Positions 39,225 through 49,606 are shown, counted from the stretch's first letter. The stretch: 64,000 nucleotides of DNA from a virus (IMGVR_UViG_2693429637_000011); one strand, 5' to 3'. Notes: a model not told the origin generated them from the sequence alone. Made by a program: numbers and translations.

Positions 39225-41135
39225 TTATGCGGCTGCTCCAGCTTTGTTTGCTTTAACTTCCACCGTATCAATAAGTACAGGGTAGGTTTCTGCACTACCT
39301 GTAATATCCGTAATGACAAACCTGTTGAGTCCATTAGCAGTATTGGCCCATTTCACCAGGTCAAACGCCTGTCCATCCACACCATCGAGCACCGGAGTAA
39401 CATTAATGCTGTTACTGCCCTTAAATTTAAATGCAAGCGTATGCCAGTCATGGTCGAATGCGCCAAACGTGCCAAGTTCTTTTTGTTGATTAACTGTATG
39501 ATGGTATGCAACATTAATACTGGCTTTATCTGTCTGGACAAAGAAAGAACTCAGATGGCCTTCACCACCCTCACCCGGCCATTCCGCTATTCGCCAGTAC
39601 AAACCAAAGGCATACTTGTTTCTGGTTGTCTCAAGATTGACGTTTTCGGGGATTTTAAACCGGACAGCAATTTCTCCGCCTTTTTCCAGTAAAAGTTTTG
39701 CCTTGTCTGCAGCAATATCACAGTACATTGACCAGGATTTCGCGCTGTTATTTTTCTCAATTCGCAGAGCTTTATTGCCGCTGTCATCAACCAGTGTGCG
39801 CCTGCCATACACACCGTCCCAGCCATAGGGTTTCAGCTGATTGTCTGTAGCTTTTTTGGCATCGTAAAAAATTACAGACTCTGAGGTGGTAACCGGTCTG
39901 TCTGGAACAACCACCCCGGCAGTACCATTAACAAACGCAGAAGACTTACCCGCGCAGCTCAGAATCGCAGTTGCCAGACGGTCGGAAATAATCCCACGGC
40001 GAGCCCATGAACTGAAATGGCTCGCCCTGTCCTGTGACGTCCAGGTGGCTGAGCTGTCACGCCATTTCGAACCGTAATAACCGATACCCGGAATGTCCGG
40101 GTCTTCTTCCGGTTTGTTCGTCGGCACATTCACCCCGTTCTCATCGGTCATGAACGGTACGAAATGGATATTCTTTTCCGTTTTATTTTTATAGCTGCCG
40201 TACACCGTCTGGTACGTGGATTCGTTCTTCTGCTTCCAGAAATACGTCGTGTCCCCGCATATCCAGGGAACACCGCCAGCAGAGCCACCGACGCACTGGC
40301 CTGCCATATCCGCCAGGTCTGCACGGAATTTATCAACCAGCGCACCAAACTGTGCGGCATGATTTGCCGGCGTACCGCCAAAATCAAATTCCCCCTGCAT
40401 CCACACCACGGCAAACAGCACATTTTTCGGGTTCTTCTCCAGTGCCGCTTTTGTTCGACCGATAAGGTCCTTATACAGCGGCTTGTCCACACCCCAGCGG
40501 GTTGAATTCTCCGAGGCGCCACTCGCGTCACTGTATGTGCCATCAGCTCCGGTGGTGAACGCTGAACCACCACGACAGCACGGAACCAGCAGAATGCCCG
40601 CATTCGCCGGTATAAACGGCAGCAGTTTTTTGGCGATATGCAGCCCCTGCCCCACGGTTCCGTACTGCCCCTTTGACAGGTCCGCTTTCGGATGGTTAAG
40701 ACGGCTCATGTCCTGCACATCATGCAGACAATGGTCCGCCGGAATGATGTCGTTATATTTGCATGCTGCACCGCCCGGTGTCACCGTACTGCGACGCGCT
40801 AACTGTTTAATACGTGGATCAGGGCTGTCGAATGTATCCGGTAATGGCAGTCCCTCACCGTATGACATACCATTGGACTGACCAGCAAGCGCGATCACAT
40901 AGTAATATTCTGGCGCAACAGAAGGCGCTGAGGTCGTCGGACGGTTGCCTGGCTCCTCTGGTGATGAGATGCTCCCCTCACTCACAACTGGCTGGATGAA
41001 CTCCGCACCATAACCAGCTGTCGAAATCAGCGCACTACCATAAGGCTGCCACCCTTCCTTCAGTTTTTGAGTTATTCGTTTCGCAAGGTCTGACGGCGAC
41101 GCCGCCCTGACAACATCATAGTGTTTAAATGCCAT
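39225..41135 (-). CDS. nanS-p: Sialate O-acetylesterase, prophage NanS-p-like (copy 1)
   Basis: 636 aa; GQSN catalytic motif of the SASA/SGNH esterase family; conserved N-terminal MAFKHYDVVRAASPSDLAK...KEGWQP domain. Confidence 0.7.
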   Translation of the reverse strand: MAFKHYDVVRAASPSDLAKRITQKLKEGWQPYGSALISTAGYGAEFIQPVVSEGSISSPEEPGNRPTTSAPSVAPEYYYVIALAGQSNGMSYGEGLPLPDTFDSPDPRIKQLARRSTVTPGGAACKYNDIIPADHCLHDVQDMSRLNHPKADLSKGQYGTVGQGLHIAKKLLPFIPANAGILLVPCCRGGSAFTTGADGTYSDASGASENSTRWGVDKPLYKDLIGRTKAALEKNPKNVLFAVVWMQGEFDFGGTPANHAAQFGALVDKFRADLADMAGQCVGGSAGGVPWICGDTTYFWKQKNESTYQTVYGSYKNKTEKNIHFVPFMTDENGVNVPTNKPEEDPDIPGIGYYGSKWRDSSATWTSQDRASHFSSWARRGIISDRLATAILSCAGKSSAFVNGTAGVVVPDRPVTTSESVIFYDAKKATDNQLKPYGWDGVYGRRTLVDDSGNKALRIEKNNSAKSWSMYCDIAADKAKLLLEKGGEIAVRFKIPENVNLETTRNKYAFGLYWRIAEWPGEGGEGHLSSFFVQTDKASINVAYHHTVNQQKELGTFGAFDHDWHTLAFKFKGSNSINVTPVLDGVDGQAFDLVKWANTANGLNRFVITDITGSAETYPVLIDTVEVKANKAGAAA

Positions 41136-41557
41136 GAATCCTCCCGGCCGGGATAATATTGTGAGTAAAATAAGGAGCGGGCTGAAGTCCGGAAGTTACA
41201 GGACAATGGCAGAAGGGAGACTACAGCCCGCAATTCGAAAAAGGTCGCGCAGTTGCGCAGAGTGATTACTATGGGGTATTATTCGCCAGCTGAAATATTA
41301 CTTCACGTTTCATTGTTCATTCCTTGCCGCCCGCGTCTCCCAGCGCGGGCTTTTTTGTCCATAAGAAAGCCCCTCCGGAGAGGGGCTGGAGAGTGGCGCT
41401 ATGTGCCATTGCATGGTGCCGGGTGCCTCCCGGTGAGTTCAGCCCGGTGCCACTAAACCCGCGTCATTCTCGTTTTGATAATCAGAGATTATACCGTCAC
41501 CAGTCGCCCCTCCGCTCAGGGGGATTCACCATGCAGTTTTTTCTAACAAATTCTCAT
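41050..41557. repeat. Repeat A copy 1 (nanS-p 5' end plus ~400-bp upstream element)
   Basis: Near-identical to 45250..45742 and, in part, 46000..46300; contains hairpin cccgcg-N8-cgcggg plus T-run and a perfect TATAAT on the minus strand. Confidence 0.6.
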
Positions 41558-42596
41558 CAGCGCGGGTTTGATTACCGTATCCCTTCATTGGTCGGTTATT
41601 CATGTCCGTCAGCAACTCCCGAAGGCGTGCATTCAGCGCCCTGAGCGTGTGGAAGGTTTCATTACGGATGCGGGCAAGAAGCCATCGCTCGACGATGAGG
41701 ACGCCGTTTTCTGCTTTTGGTTTATCTTTAGGTTTGCGCGGGCGGGCCGGGATAATAACCGTGCCATAGTGCTCAGCCAGCGCCTGATAACTGTCGTTGA
41801 TGACAGGCTCATAGCGATCGGCTTTTTTCACTGCGCTTCTGAGGTTATCGGGGATGAGCAGCTTCGGTACGCCGCCCAGGAAGGTCAGGCAACGGCTGTG
41901 GGCATTTAACCATGACATCATGTCCTGACCTTCGCACGCTTCAACATAGGTATAGTTGGACGCCCCCATTACAGCCACGAAGATTGCCACGCGGCGTATC
42001 TCTCCGGTGTCCGGATTAATAACAGGGACCGTAGGACCACAGAAGTCGATAAAGAGCTTTTCGCCAGCACGATGCTCCTGTCGCATGGAGAGGCGTCGCG
42101 TTTTTTTCCACTTCCGGTAGCAACGGCAGAAGTGTGAGTATCCCATCGCTTTGTCACCCGCCTGTGCCTTGTATTCCATCCACAACAGTTGGCGCGTCAC
42201 GCCAGGTTTTCTCATTTCCGTATCGAAGTACAGCATGTCAGGCATAACAAGCTCTGACGCAGAGGTGTCTTTGGGCGGGAAAATGAGTTTCTCCAGCGTG
42301 TCATGGGATATATCCGCAGGTAATGGCCATGACAGAGAAGAGGCTTTGAAGCGGGCAAGAACCTCAAAAACGGTTGAGGCGCTGATGTGTAACGTCAGTC
42401 CGATACAACGGTTAGTCAGCTTCTTATCGAACTTGAGCTGAAGGATCTTAAAACAAGTTTCCATAGTGCTCCTGGATTTTCTCTTTTTGGACATTGACGT
42501 CTCCACTGGTTTAAACACGGCAATGGAGACTGTGGTGAAAAGAGTTAATTCCCGGAGTGACTGGCGAATTCCAATCAATGATCGGAAGTATGCCAA
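41526..42596 (-). CDS. IstA-like DDE transposase, probably truncated
   Basis: HTH N-terminus and FIDFCGPTV...VAIFVAV...YTYVE core; last codons read into repeat A. Confidence 0.5.
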   Translation of the reverse strand: MAYFRSLIGIRQSLRELTLFTTVSIAVFKPVETSMSKKRKSRSTMETCFKILQLKFDKKLTNRCIGLTLHISASTVFEVLARFKASSLSWPLPADISHDTLEKLIFPPKDTSASELVMPDMLYFDTEMRKPGVTRQLLWMEYKAQAGDKAMGYSHFCRCYRKWKKTRRLSMRQEHRAGEKLFIDFCGPTVPVINPDTGEIRRVAIFVAVMGASNYTYVEACEGQDMMSWLNAHSRCLTFLGGVPKLLIPDNLRSAVKKADRYEPVINDSYQALAEHYGTVIIPARPRKPKDKPKAENGVLIVERWLLARIRNETFHTLRALNARLRELLTDMNNRPMKGYGNQTRADENLLEKTAW

Positions 42597-42720
42597 ATCG
42601 TGATCGATTGTGATGCCAAACTGTGATCGGAGATGGATGCCAAATCATGATCGATTCGAATGCCAAACTGCGATCGATTCAGATGCCATTTTGCAATCAG
42701 CGCCAGAACAGCAGCTGACA
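41526..42720 (-). mobile_element. IS21-family-like element remnant (IstA-like transposase, no IstB)
   Basis: DDE transposase-like ORF; left end carries multiple atgccaaa(c/t)(c/t)gtgatcg terminal repeats (42540-42700); 3' end abuts repeat A. Confidence 0.5.
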
Positions 42721-42800
42721 GGCCGTATTTGATTTTTGCGCTCATGGATATTTATCAGGATGCTACCAATGAAAGATACTGGAAAGCCAACTGCAAAAAG

Positions 42801-43115
42801 CTAACAACCCGTAATCGAGTTATCAGAACTGTTAATTTTTATGGTATACCGCGCCTCTGAACAGGGGCGCGTTTCTGGCAACAGCTCGTCCCCTTCACAT
42901 AACCCGGCAGCAACATCCAGGAAGACCTGTCTGATGCTCCTTCTGGCTGCTGCCTCATAAAACTCCAGCGCGGCACCTTCAACACGGTCCAGCGAGATGT
43001 CCAGGTCAAAAATTTCACCGTCAAAGCGTTTTTTGTCCCGTAACGCTAAAGTTACCGTAACTTTATTCTCAAAATTGCGGATCCCTTTCACAATCAGTTC
43101 ATAGTTTTGAGTCAT
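42801..43115 (-). CDS. DUF1327-family protein (YdfO/YbcV-like)
   Basis: MTQNYELIVKGIRNFENKVTVTLALRDKKRFDGEIFDLD... resembles E. coli cryptic-prophage DUF1327 proteins. Confidence 0.55.
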   Translation of the reverse strand: MTQNYELIVKGIRNFENKVTVTLALRDKKRFDGEIFDLDISLDRVEGAALEFYEAAARRSIRQVFLDVAAGLCEGDELLPETRPCSEARYTIKINSSDNSITGC

Positions 43116-43119
43116 TGAA

Positions 43120-43335
43120 TTACTCTCCCCGTGCAGCCTTACGACGGTCCTCTCTGATTTTGAAATACAGGTTAGTCAGATATGTCAGCAGCCCAAACAG
43201 CAGACTCCCCAGCACGCCTATTGCCGCCCACTGAGACGGGGAAACCCTGTCCAGCAACTGCAGGAACCAGTAGCCCGTTCCCACCGCTGACGTGGTGTAT
43301 GACACACCTGTTGTGATTTTTTCCATCTGGTACAT
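43120..43335 (-). CDS. Pinholin, second (orphan) copy
   Basis: 71 aa, 1 aa different from holin at 38341..38556; no adjacent endolysin or spanin. Confidence 0.75.
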   Translation of the reverse strand: MYQMEKITTGVSYTTSAVGTGYWFLQLLDRVSPSQWAAIGVLGSLLFGLLTYLTNLYFKIREDRRKAARGE

Positions 43336-43485
43336 ACCCCGTCTCCCGTTATCCGGAAGCTGACAACAATAAAAAAAGCCACCAGTTAAGTACTGATGGC
43401 TCTGATAACTCATGCAGGCATCTCAGACGACCCACTGACACTACCGGTGAGTTTAACGATACCTTCCATTTGGCTGGCTCACTTT

Positions 43486-45339
43486 TTATGATGATGCCGG
43501 TGCATTTATCTCCAGCACCAGACTTTCTATCTCAACGCCATACGCTGCATTTTTGGTAATATCCGTCAGCGTCAGCGCATTCAGCCCCAGTGTCAGACTG
43601 TCTTTTATGACCTGGAATGCCGGGCCAGCCACTCCATTCAGTTTCGGAGTAACCGTGGCACTGCCGGCGGTGAACACCAGCTCCAGCGTCAGCCAGTCGT
43701 TACTGTAATTCCCGAACTCGCCCAACTTTGTGTTTCCTGCTTTCTTGTGATGCATCAGATTCAGTTTGCCGTCTGTGGTCTGGGTGAAGAACGACATCAG
43801 GAACGGGTTACCAGTCCCGGTCATCGCCACGACGTCAGGTAACGCTACATCGGTATACAGATAAATTCCCAGACCGAACTGGTTGTTGGTCAGTGCGCCT
43901 GACAGTCGAAACTTACAGCTCAGTCTGCCACCCCGTGTCAGCAGGGAGACTGCGTCATCCACCGGGCGCGTCAGGGACCAGGCTTTATTGCTCTGCTTGG
44001 TGATCTTAAATACACCATCTGACAACTGAACTCCGCCATTCTTAATGCTCCAGCCCTGCGCAGCAGCGTCTCCGGCTGTCGGCAACAGGGAGATTGTGCG
44101 TATGGATGCATCTTCAGACGGCCCCGATGGCGTGTCGCCGCCGGGCGAGGGTTTGATTTCCGGTGCCTTACCACTAATGAAGGCTAAGGTGCGACCGGCT
44201 ACGTTCAGAATAGCAGTTGCCATACGATCGGGAATAATGCCACGACGCGCCCATGAGCTGAAATGCGTCGGGCGATTTGATGATACCCAGTTTTTGTTCG
44301 TTCGGGATGCCGAACCGTAATAACCAGACCCGGCAATATCAGGATCTTCTGACGGGTTGTTTGTCGGTGTATTAACTCCGCTACCATCGGTCATAAAGGG
44401 AACAAAATAAATCTGCTGGGATTCTTTACCTTTATATGCACCATATACCACTTCATATTGCGTACCGTGTTCTTGTTTCCACGCGTATGTCGTGTCGCCA
44501 CAAATCCAGGGGACTGATGCCGGACTTCCACCGTGACACTGCGCCGCCAGCCCGGCAAGGTCAGCACGGAACTGCTGTACCATTGCAAGAAATGCTGCTG
44601 GCTGCTGGGCGTAACTGGCATTCGTCATATCGAATTCCCCCTGCATCCAGCATATCGCCAGCAAAACGTTTTTCGGGTTTTTCTGCAATGCTGCCTTCGT
44701 GCGGAAAAGCAGATCCTGATATAACGGCTTACCCACTCCCCAGCGAGCCGAATCCTGACTGGCCCCCGTGGACTCGCTGAATGTCCCCTCCGTGCCCTGG
44801 GTGAATGCCGAACCACCACGACAGCATGGTACCAGCAGGATCCCCGCATTATTAGGGATATACGGAAGCAGTTTTTTGGCAATATGTAAGCCCTGTCCGA
44901 CACAGCCGTACTGCCCTTTGCTCAGGTCAGCCCGGGGATGGTTAATCGTACTCATATCCTGAACATCATGCAGACAATGGTCAGCAGGAATGATGTCGTT
45001 AAATACGCATACTTCACCACCGGGAGTCACTGTGTTACGACGGGCCAGTTGCTTAATGCGCGGATGGGGCGCATCGTATGAATCCGGAAGCGGAAGACCT
45101 TCACCGTAAGCCATGGCATTGGATTGCCCGGCCAGTACGATGACGTAGTACCACTCCGGCTCAGTTGCACCACTGACGACCACATCACCTTCTGCTGCAA
45201 TCGCCTGCATCAGGGTATAAGGGGTTATGGCCACCGGACTACCAAACGGCTGCCAGCCCTCCTTCAGTTTTTGTGTCAGTCGTTTCGCAAGGTCTGACGG
45301 CGATGCCGCCCTGACCACGTCATAGTGTTTAAATGCCAT
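43486..45339 (-). CDS. nanS-p: Sialate O-acetylesterase, NanS-p-like (copy 2, diverged paralog)
   Basis: 617 aa; GQSN motif; N-terminus identical to copy 1, remainder diverged. Confidence 0.7.
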   Translation of the reverse strand: MAFKHYDVVRAASPSDLAKRLTQKLKEGWQPFGSPVAITPYTLMQAIAAEGDVVVSGATEPEWYYVIVLAGQSNAMAYGEGLPLPDSYDAPHPRIKQLARRNTVTPGGEVCVFNDIIPADHCLHDVQDMSTINHPRADLSKGQYGCVGQGLHIAKKLLPYIPNNAGILLVPCCRGGSAFTQGTEGTFSESTGASQDSARWGVGKPLYQDLLFRTKAALQKNPKNVLLAICWMQGEFDMTNASYAQQPAAFLAMVQQFRADLAGLAAQCHGGSPASVPWICGDTTYAWKQEHGTQYEVVYGAYKGKESQQIYFVPFMTDGSGVNTPTNNPSEDPDIAGSGYYGSASRTNKNWVSSNRPTHFSSWARRGIIPDRMATAILNVAGRTLAFISGKAPEIKPSPGGDTPSGPSEDASIRTISLLPTAGDAAAQGWSIKNGGVQLSDGVFKITKQSNKAWSLTRPVDDAVSLLTRGGRLSCKFRLSGALTNNQFGLGIYLYTDVALPDVVAMTGTGNPFLMSFFTQTTDGKLNLMHHKKAGNTKLGEFGNYSNDWLTLELVFTAGSATVTPKLNGVAGPAFQVIKDSLTLGLNALTLTDITKNAAYGVEIESLVLEINAPASS

Positions 45340-45742
45340 GAATCCTCCCGGCCGGGATAATATTGTGAGTAAAATAAGGAGCGGGCTGAAGTCCGGAAGT
45401 TACAGGACAATGGCAGAAGAGAGACGACAGCCCGCAATTCGAAAAAGACCGCGCAGTTGCGCAGAGTGATTACTATGGGGTATTATTCGCCAGCTGAAAT
45501 ATTACTTCACGTTTTATTGTTTATTCCTTGCCGCCCGCGTCTCCCAGCGCGGGCTTTTTTTGCCCACAAGAAAACCCCTCCGGAGAGGGGCTAAAGCCGC
45601 GTATCTGTATCATCATGCACATGGTGCCGGGTGCCTCCCGGTGAGTTCAGCCCGGTGCCACTAAACCCGCGTCATTCTCGTTTTGATAATCAGAGATTAT
45701 ACCGTCACCAGTCGCCCCTCCGCTCAGGGGGATTCACCATGC
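45250..45742. repeat. Repeat A copy 2
   Basis: Near-identical to 41050..41534, with small indels. Confidence 0.6.
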
Positions 45743-45837
45743 GAAATTTTTTTAACAAATGCCCAGTCTGACAGGCAACTGTCAACTTACTGAATTGTGA
45801 GCAACATAGCATTTAACGGGGAACCTGTTTTCTGCAG

Positions 45838-45866
45838 TAAAAAGGCCCACCGGAGCGGATGGGCCT
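45838..45866 (-). terminator. Intrinsic terminator upstream of repeat A copy 2
   Basis: ggccca-N10-tgggcc hairpin plus T-run on minus strand. Confidence 0.45.
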
Positions 45867-45873
45867 GGAAGGA

Positions 45874-45999
45874 TGAGGTAGCCTGAGTTTAACGGACACT
45901 CCTTCCTGAAATAGAATGGCATCAGAAGGAGCTAATAATGAGCAGAAAAACCCAACGTTACTCTAAAGAGTTCAAAGCCGAAGCTGTCAGAACGGTTCA
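45874..45999 (+). mobile_element. IS3-family insertion sequence left-end fragment
   Basis: Begins TGAGG...; RBS plus orfA start MSRKTQRYSKEFKAEAVRTV then abrupt junction into repeat A copy 3. Confidence 0.55.
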
Positions 46000-46300
46000 G
46001 CAGAGTGATTACTATGGGGTATTATTCGCCAGCTGAAATATTACTTCACGTTTCATTGTTCATTCCTTGCCGCCCGCGTCTCCCAGCGCGGGCTTTTTTG
46101 TCCATAAGAAAGCCCCTCCGGAGAGGGGCTGGAGAGTGGCGCTATGTGCCATTGCATGGTGCCGGGTGCCTCCCGGTGAGTTCAGCCCGGTGCCACTAAA
46201 CCCGCGTCATTCTCGTTTTGATAATCAGAGATTATACCGTCACCAGTCGCCCCTCCGCTCAGGGGGATTCACCATGCAGTTTTTTCTAACAAATTCTCAT
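46000..46300. repeat. Repeat A copy 3 (partial, lacks nanS-p)
   Basis: Matches the upstream portion of copies 1 and 2. Confidence 0.6.
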
Positions 46301-46362
46301 CCGGGCAGACAACATTCAACTGACTTAATTGTGAGGTATGTAACATTCCCGTTGAACGGATA

Positions 46363-46393
46363 CAAAAAAAGCCAGCCACCAGGGGAGGCTGGC
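46363..46393 (-). terminator. Intrinsic terminator in late leader
   Basis: gccagcc-N10-ggctggc hairpin plus T7 on minus strand. Confidence 0.5.
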
Positions 46394-46572
46394 AAACTCG
46401 TAGAGCAAAATGCTGTTACGCAAACTTCGTTACAGGGTTATCCTGCAATACTTAAAATATACAATATTTAGAAAACTAATAGTGCCATATGAGATTTTTA
46501 AGATTTTGTTATTAATTGCGGTCGTACCTTCCTTTCTGTGTACTTTCCGTATAGCTCACAGGATTCTGGGTA

Positions 46573-46597
46573 CAAAAAAACCCGCGCATCGGCGGGT
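46573..46597 (-). terminator. Candidate tR' terminator ~45 nt downstream of Q
   Basis: cccgc-N5-gcggg hairpin plus T7 on minus strand. Confidence 0.5.
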
Positions 46598-46643
46598 TCG
46601 GCTGCGTGGCAATGTAACCACTCTTATCATGATATGCAGATTT

Positions 46644-47078
46644 TTACGATCGTAAACTATTTTTTCGCTGATAAAATACAGAGCTTCTCCCTCCCGGCAA
46701 TTCACGCTCAACATACCGATCCATCTCAAGCCTCACTCCCAGCATCATCAGCATGCCTTCAACAATCCCCTCCGCTTTGTGAAGGCGTTTACCTATACAG
46801 GTGTCAGAGCACCCATGTTTCCGTGCCAGCGCCATGAACGTCTCCCCCAACACGTAGTAATCAACCAGCAAGTCATGCAGATCGCGATTGTTCCGGTAAA
46901 GGCGGGCTATGCACCCGCATATCACCATCGCATCATCGTCACAGCACTGTGGACGTGATTTTACTTTTTCGGGGATCAGTCCCTTAAATCCGGCAGCAAT
47001 GGGCGACCATGTAACATCCTCATAGTTATTTACCGCCCATGCCCCCCAGCGCTCAAGAACCTGCCGGATATCACGCAT
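46644..47078 (-). CDS. Q: Late antiterminator Q (Stx-phage/933W-type)
   Basis: 144 aa; [25 protein letters not shown]...[11 protein letters not shown]... resembles 933W/H-19B Q; start overlaps NinH stop. Confidence 0.75.
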   Translation of the reverse strand: MRDIRQVLERWGAWAVNNYEDVTWSPIAAGFKGLIPEKVKSRPQCCDDDAMVICGCIARLYRNNRDLHDLLVDYYVLGETFMALARKHGCSDTCIGKRLHKAEGIVEGMLMMLGVRLEMDRYVERELPGGRSSVFYQRKNSLRS

Positions 47079-47268
47079 CAGTATCTTTACCCCATCCGCG
47101 ATGAACCATAAGGACGCCATTGACGACGGCGTGCTTTTTCGCATCTTTATCATCAATGTATTTTCTGACTGTAGCACGATTGCAGTTCAGTATTCTGGCG
47201 ACTTCTGTCTGATTTCCCCTGGTGCAGATCAGTAATTCAGGTATCGTTTGAATTTTAGCATTCATCAA
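47071..47268 (-). CDS. ninH: NinH-like protein
   Basis: [25 protein letters not shown]...VLMVHRGW resembles lambda NinH. Confidence 0.6.
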   Translation of the reverse strand: MMNAKIQTIPELLICTRGNQTEVARILNCNRATVRKYIDDKDAKKHAVVNGVLMVHRGWGKDTDA

Positions 47269-47627
47269 ATGTTCTCCAGTTCGGTGATTTTTATCCCCAC
47301 TCTACCGCCAGGCACTTTCACGCCGCGAATTACGCGAATGTCATCGAATTGCTCGTCGTCTTCCGCAAATCCGGCGTGGATAAGAGAGTCGAGTAAACCT
47401 TTCAGGATGTTATCGAGGTCGCGACGGCGGGAATCTGGTGGTTCAGCAATAATTGTGATGCGAAGTCGTGATTTAGTGAAAATGTCTAATCTGAGTTGCC
47501 GGATGATTTGCTGTACGTCTTTTCGGTATTTCTGGCCTTTATCGCTGATGTAGTACTGGCTTCCCCGTCTTCGCCAGTAGGTATTCACCGTCGGCGGCCA
47601 GGGAAGCACAAACTCATATTCATTCAT
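47265..47627 (-). CDS. rusA: RusA-family Holliday junction resolvase
   Basis: LPWPPTVNTYWRRRG...RRRDLDN... matches RusA motifs. Confidence 0.8.
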   Translation of the reverse strand: MNEYEFVLPWPPTVNTYWRRRGSQYYISDKGQKYRKDVQQIIRQLRLDIFTKSRLRITIIAEPPDSRRRDLDNILKGLLDSLIHAGFAEDDEQFDDIRVIRGVKVPGGRVGIKITELENI

Positions 47628-47917
47628 GACTTAATCTTCCCCTCCTTCAGCAATATCGCCTGCGTCCTGATCACGCCTTCCAGGTGGTAAAGTCTGGCGT
47701 CGTTGTTGTCGAGAATTCGGGTGCGTCGGTCGATCTCCGCGTGGCAGTCACTACAAGCCCATGCACCGATCAGGTCGTCAGGCTTCATTCCCGTTCCGCA
47801 AATTCCAGCCATCCGGTAATGTGCCAGAACTGTCGTTTCAGGATTGCCATTGCATACGCCGTAAATCCGTACCTGGCATTCTCTGCCGCGCGCTTCTTTG
47901 CGTAGGTTTGCCATCAT
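47624..47917 (-). CDS. DUF1364 (YbcO-like) protein
   Basis: ARGRECQVRIYGVCNGNPETTVLAH...CSDCHAEIDRR resembles DLP12 YbcO. Confidence 0.6.
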   Translation of the reverse strand: MMANLRKEARGRECQVRIYGVCNGNPETTVLAHYRMAGICGTGMKPDDLIGAWACSDCHAEIDRRTRILDNNDARLYHLEGVIRTQAILLKEGKIKS

Positions 47918-47937
47918 CTTATTCCTCGTACATTGAA

Positions 47938-48129
47938 CTATCCGGAGTGACTATTAAATCTTGCACGACGTCTGAGCCACCGGACATCCCACAGGTGAGA
48001 CGTATAATTGAAGGTTTTTACATCAGATTCGTTGGGGATTGGCCTGGGTTTATTTCGGGAGCGTTTCGTTGGAAGGTAATTGCAGTTTTCACAGACTATA
48101 TCGGTAATGCTTCGTCGCTGTCGTCTCAT
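47938..48129 (-). CDS. Small Cys-containing nin-region protein (possibly NinD-like)
   Basis: 63 aa; ATGA coupling to NinB stop. Confidence 0.3.
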   Translation of the reverse strand: MRRQRRSITDIVCENCNYLPTKRSRNKPRPIPNESDVKTFNYTSHLWDVRWLRRRARFNSHSG

Positions 48130-48536
48130 TCATACCTCCTGTCGGTAAATCTGACACCCTGCTCCACAGCCCAGGAAGTTGTGTACTCAATCAGGCTTGC
48201 CATACGCTTCACGCTCATCTGCGCACTGCTTTCGCGGATATTGACGTATTCACCTTCAAGACCTGGCAAAACATCAGCTTCCTGTTTTGTAGCCACGGCA
48301 TGACCGCTGATTAACAAAACTTTCCACTGTTCTGGTTTTAGCCATCTGCCGCACCACTGAACCTGTCGGGAGATATCAGCGACCATTGCGTGAAATTTGG
48401 CATTTTGATCGAGATTCCGCTTGTAATCGGTGATGCGGATCGTAACGGGTTTGTCTTTATCGAGAGTTGTTGCAAGGATGGCGTTAATGGCGAATTGTTG
48501 CTGCTGCTTACTTCGGAGGAAGATAGTCTGGTTCAT
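48126..48536 (-). CDS. ninB: NinB-like recombination protein
   Basis: ...[32 protein letters not shown]... resembles lambda NinB. Confidence 0.65.
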   Translation of the reverse strand: MNQTIFLRSKQQQQFAINAILATTLDKDKPVTIRITDYKRNLDQNAKFHAMVADISRQVQWCGRWLKPEQWKVLLISGHAVATKQEADVLPGLEGEYVNIRESSAQMSVKRMASLIEYTTSWAVEQGVRFTDRRYE

Positions 48537-48590
48537 TATTCCCTCTCACTGGATTTTCCCAACAAAAAAGGAGCCGAAGCTCCTTTAGTT

Positions 48591-49262
48591 TCAGAATTCA
48601 AATTGTCTTGCCCGCAGGCTTTTCAGCATTGGCATGGCCCGCTGGATAACGGAACTTGACATGTCGAGACGTGTTACCTCCCTCAGTAGCGCGTCTCTGT
48701 TCTTCGTCACCATGTAGATGGTCTCAAACGCAATGTCATACAGCTTGTTCGTGTATGAGGAGTTCAGCTCTTTCATAATGGGATACAGGTGTTTGCTGAG
48801 GTCCTGGGCTTTTTCCATCCAGAGCTGCATGTAGCAAAGGAGGATGATTTCTTCGGCTGTGAATTGTGGCTGAATCTGCGGCTGCTGTTCGGTTGGTGCT
48901 GTTTTTCCCTGGCTGAAATAGCAGTCTTCCAGTTTTTCGAATACCTCCCACGCCTGATCAGTTTCGAGCATTTTTGCGTGACGGGCTGCGCCGCGTTCTG
49001 TCCATAGGATGAGGGAGCGAACGTTACGGGCAATTTTCACAGAGTAGTTAAAAGCTACTCTGTGCTTGAACTCACGTAAAGTTTCACCTTCAAGTTTGAA
49101 GAAGTGTTTTTCCTCAATGAAACGACCTTTGTTTTCGTGGTGATTCTGGCGAATACGAATAGCTTCTGTGCCGTAAAGGTGCGCCAAAAGTTCGGTAGTG
49201 ATAACGGGGATCTGCTTGTAAGTAATCGTGGAGAGTGTTTCAACAGAAACTTGAGTTGTCAT
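48591..49262 (-). CDS. Antirepressor-like protein (third paralog, distinct N-domain plus shared C-terminal module)
   Basis: C-terminal 93 aa identical in protein to 1647..2285; terminator and structured leader upstream. Confidence 0.65.
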   Translation of the reverse strand: MTTQVSVETLSTITYKQIPVITTELLAHLYGTEAIRIRQNHHENKGRFIEEKHFFKLEGETLREFKHRVAFNYSVKIARNVRSLILWTERGAARHAKMLETDQAWEVFEKLEDCYFSQGKTAPTEQQPQIQPQFTAEEIILLCYMQLWMEKAQDLSKHLYPIMKELNSSYTNKLYDIAFETIYMVTKNRDALLREVTRLDMSSSVIQRAMPMLKSLRARQFEF

Positions 49263-49606
49263 AATGACGCCCTCGAGTGGTTTCTAAACTATCACCACCG
49301 TCAGGTTCCTAATCATCGGGTGGCGAGACGTACAGGGTTAGGAACTACCGGGAAACCAACCGGCGAGCTTTTCAGCTCCCCTATACGCCCCACCATAATT
49401 CAGATGTGCGTGTGCATACGACAATAAAAAACACGCTCGCGGCGTGTCTCTGTCGCGGTTTCTATCCGGGGTTCCTAATCCCGACGCCAGATTTTGCTGG
49501 CGTGCGATGAATATAATCCCGGATACGCGACGTTGTCAAACTGATGGCATTGCAGATCCCTACGCAATGTAACACTATGTGTTATACATTAATAACGGAA
49601 CAAAAA

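Noticed and set aside
41253-41644. Plus-strand ORFs of 67 and 106 aa inside repeat A, and equivalents in copy 3
   Set aside because: Repeat copies differ by small indels that would shift these frames; no RBS; more likely non-coding
42660-42860. 66-aa plus-strand ORF
   Set aside because: Overlaps the IS21-like terminal repeat region and the DUF1327 gene end; no RBS
45340-46640. Possible stx toxin genes or tRNA genes between Q and the lysis genes
   Set aside because: No ORF resembling StxA or StxB and no tRNA-like cloverleaf seen by eye; the interval is filled by repeat A copies and an IS3 fragment. A tRNA scan was not run
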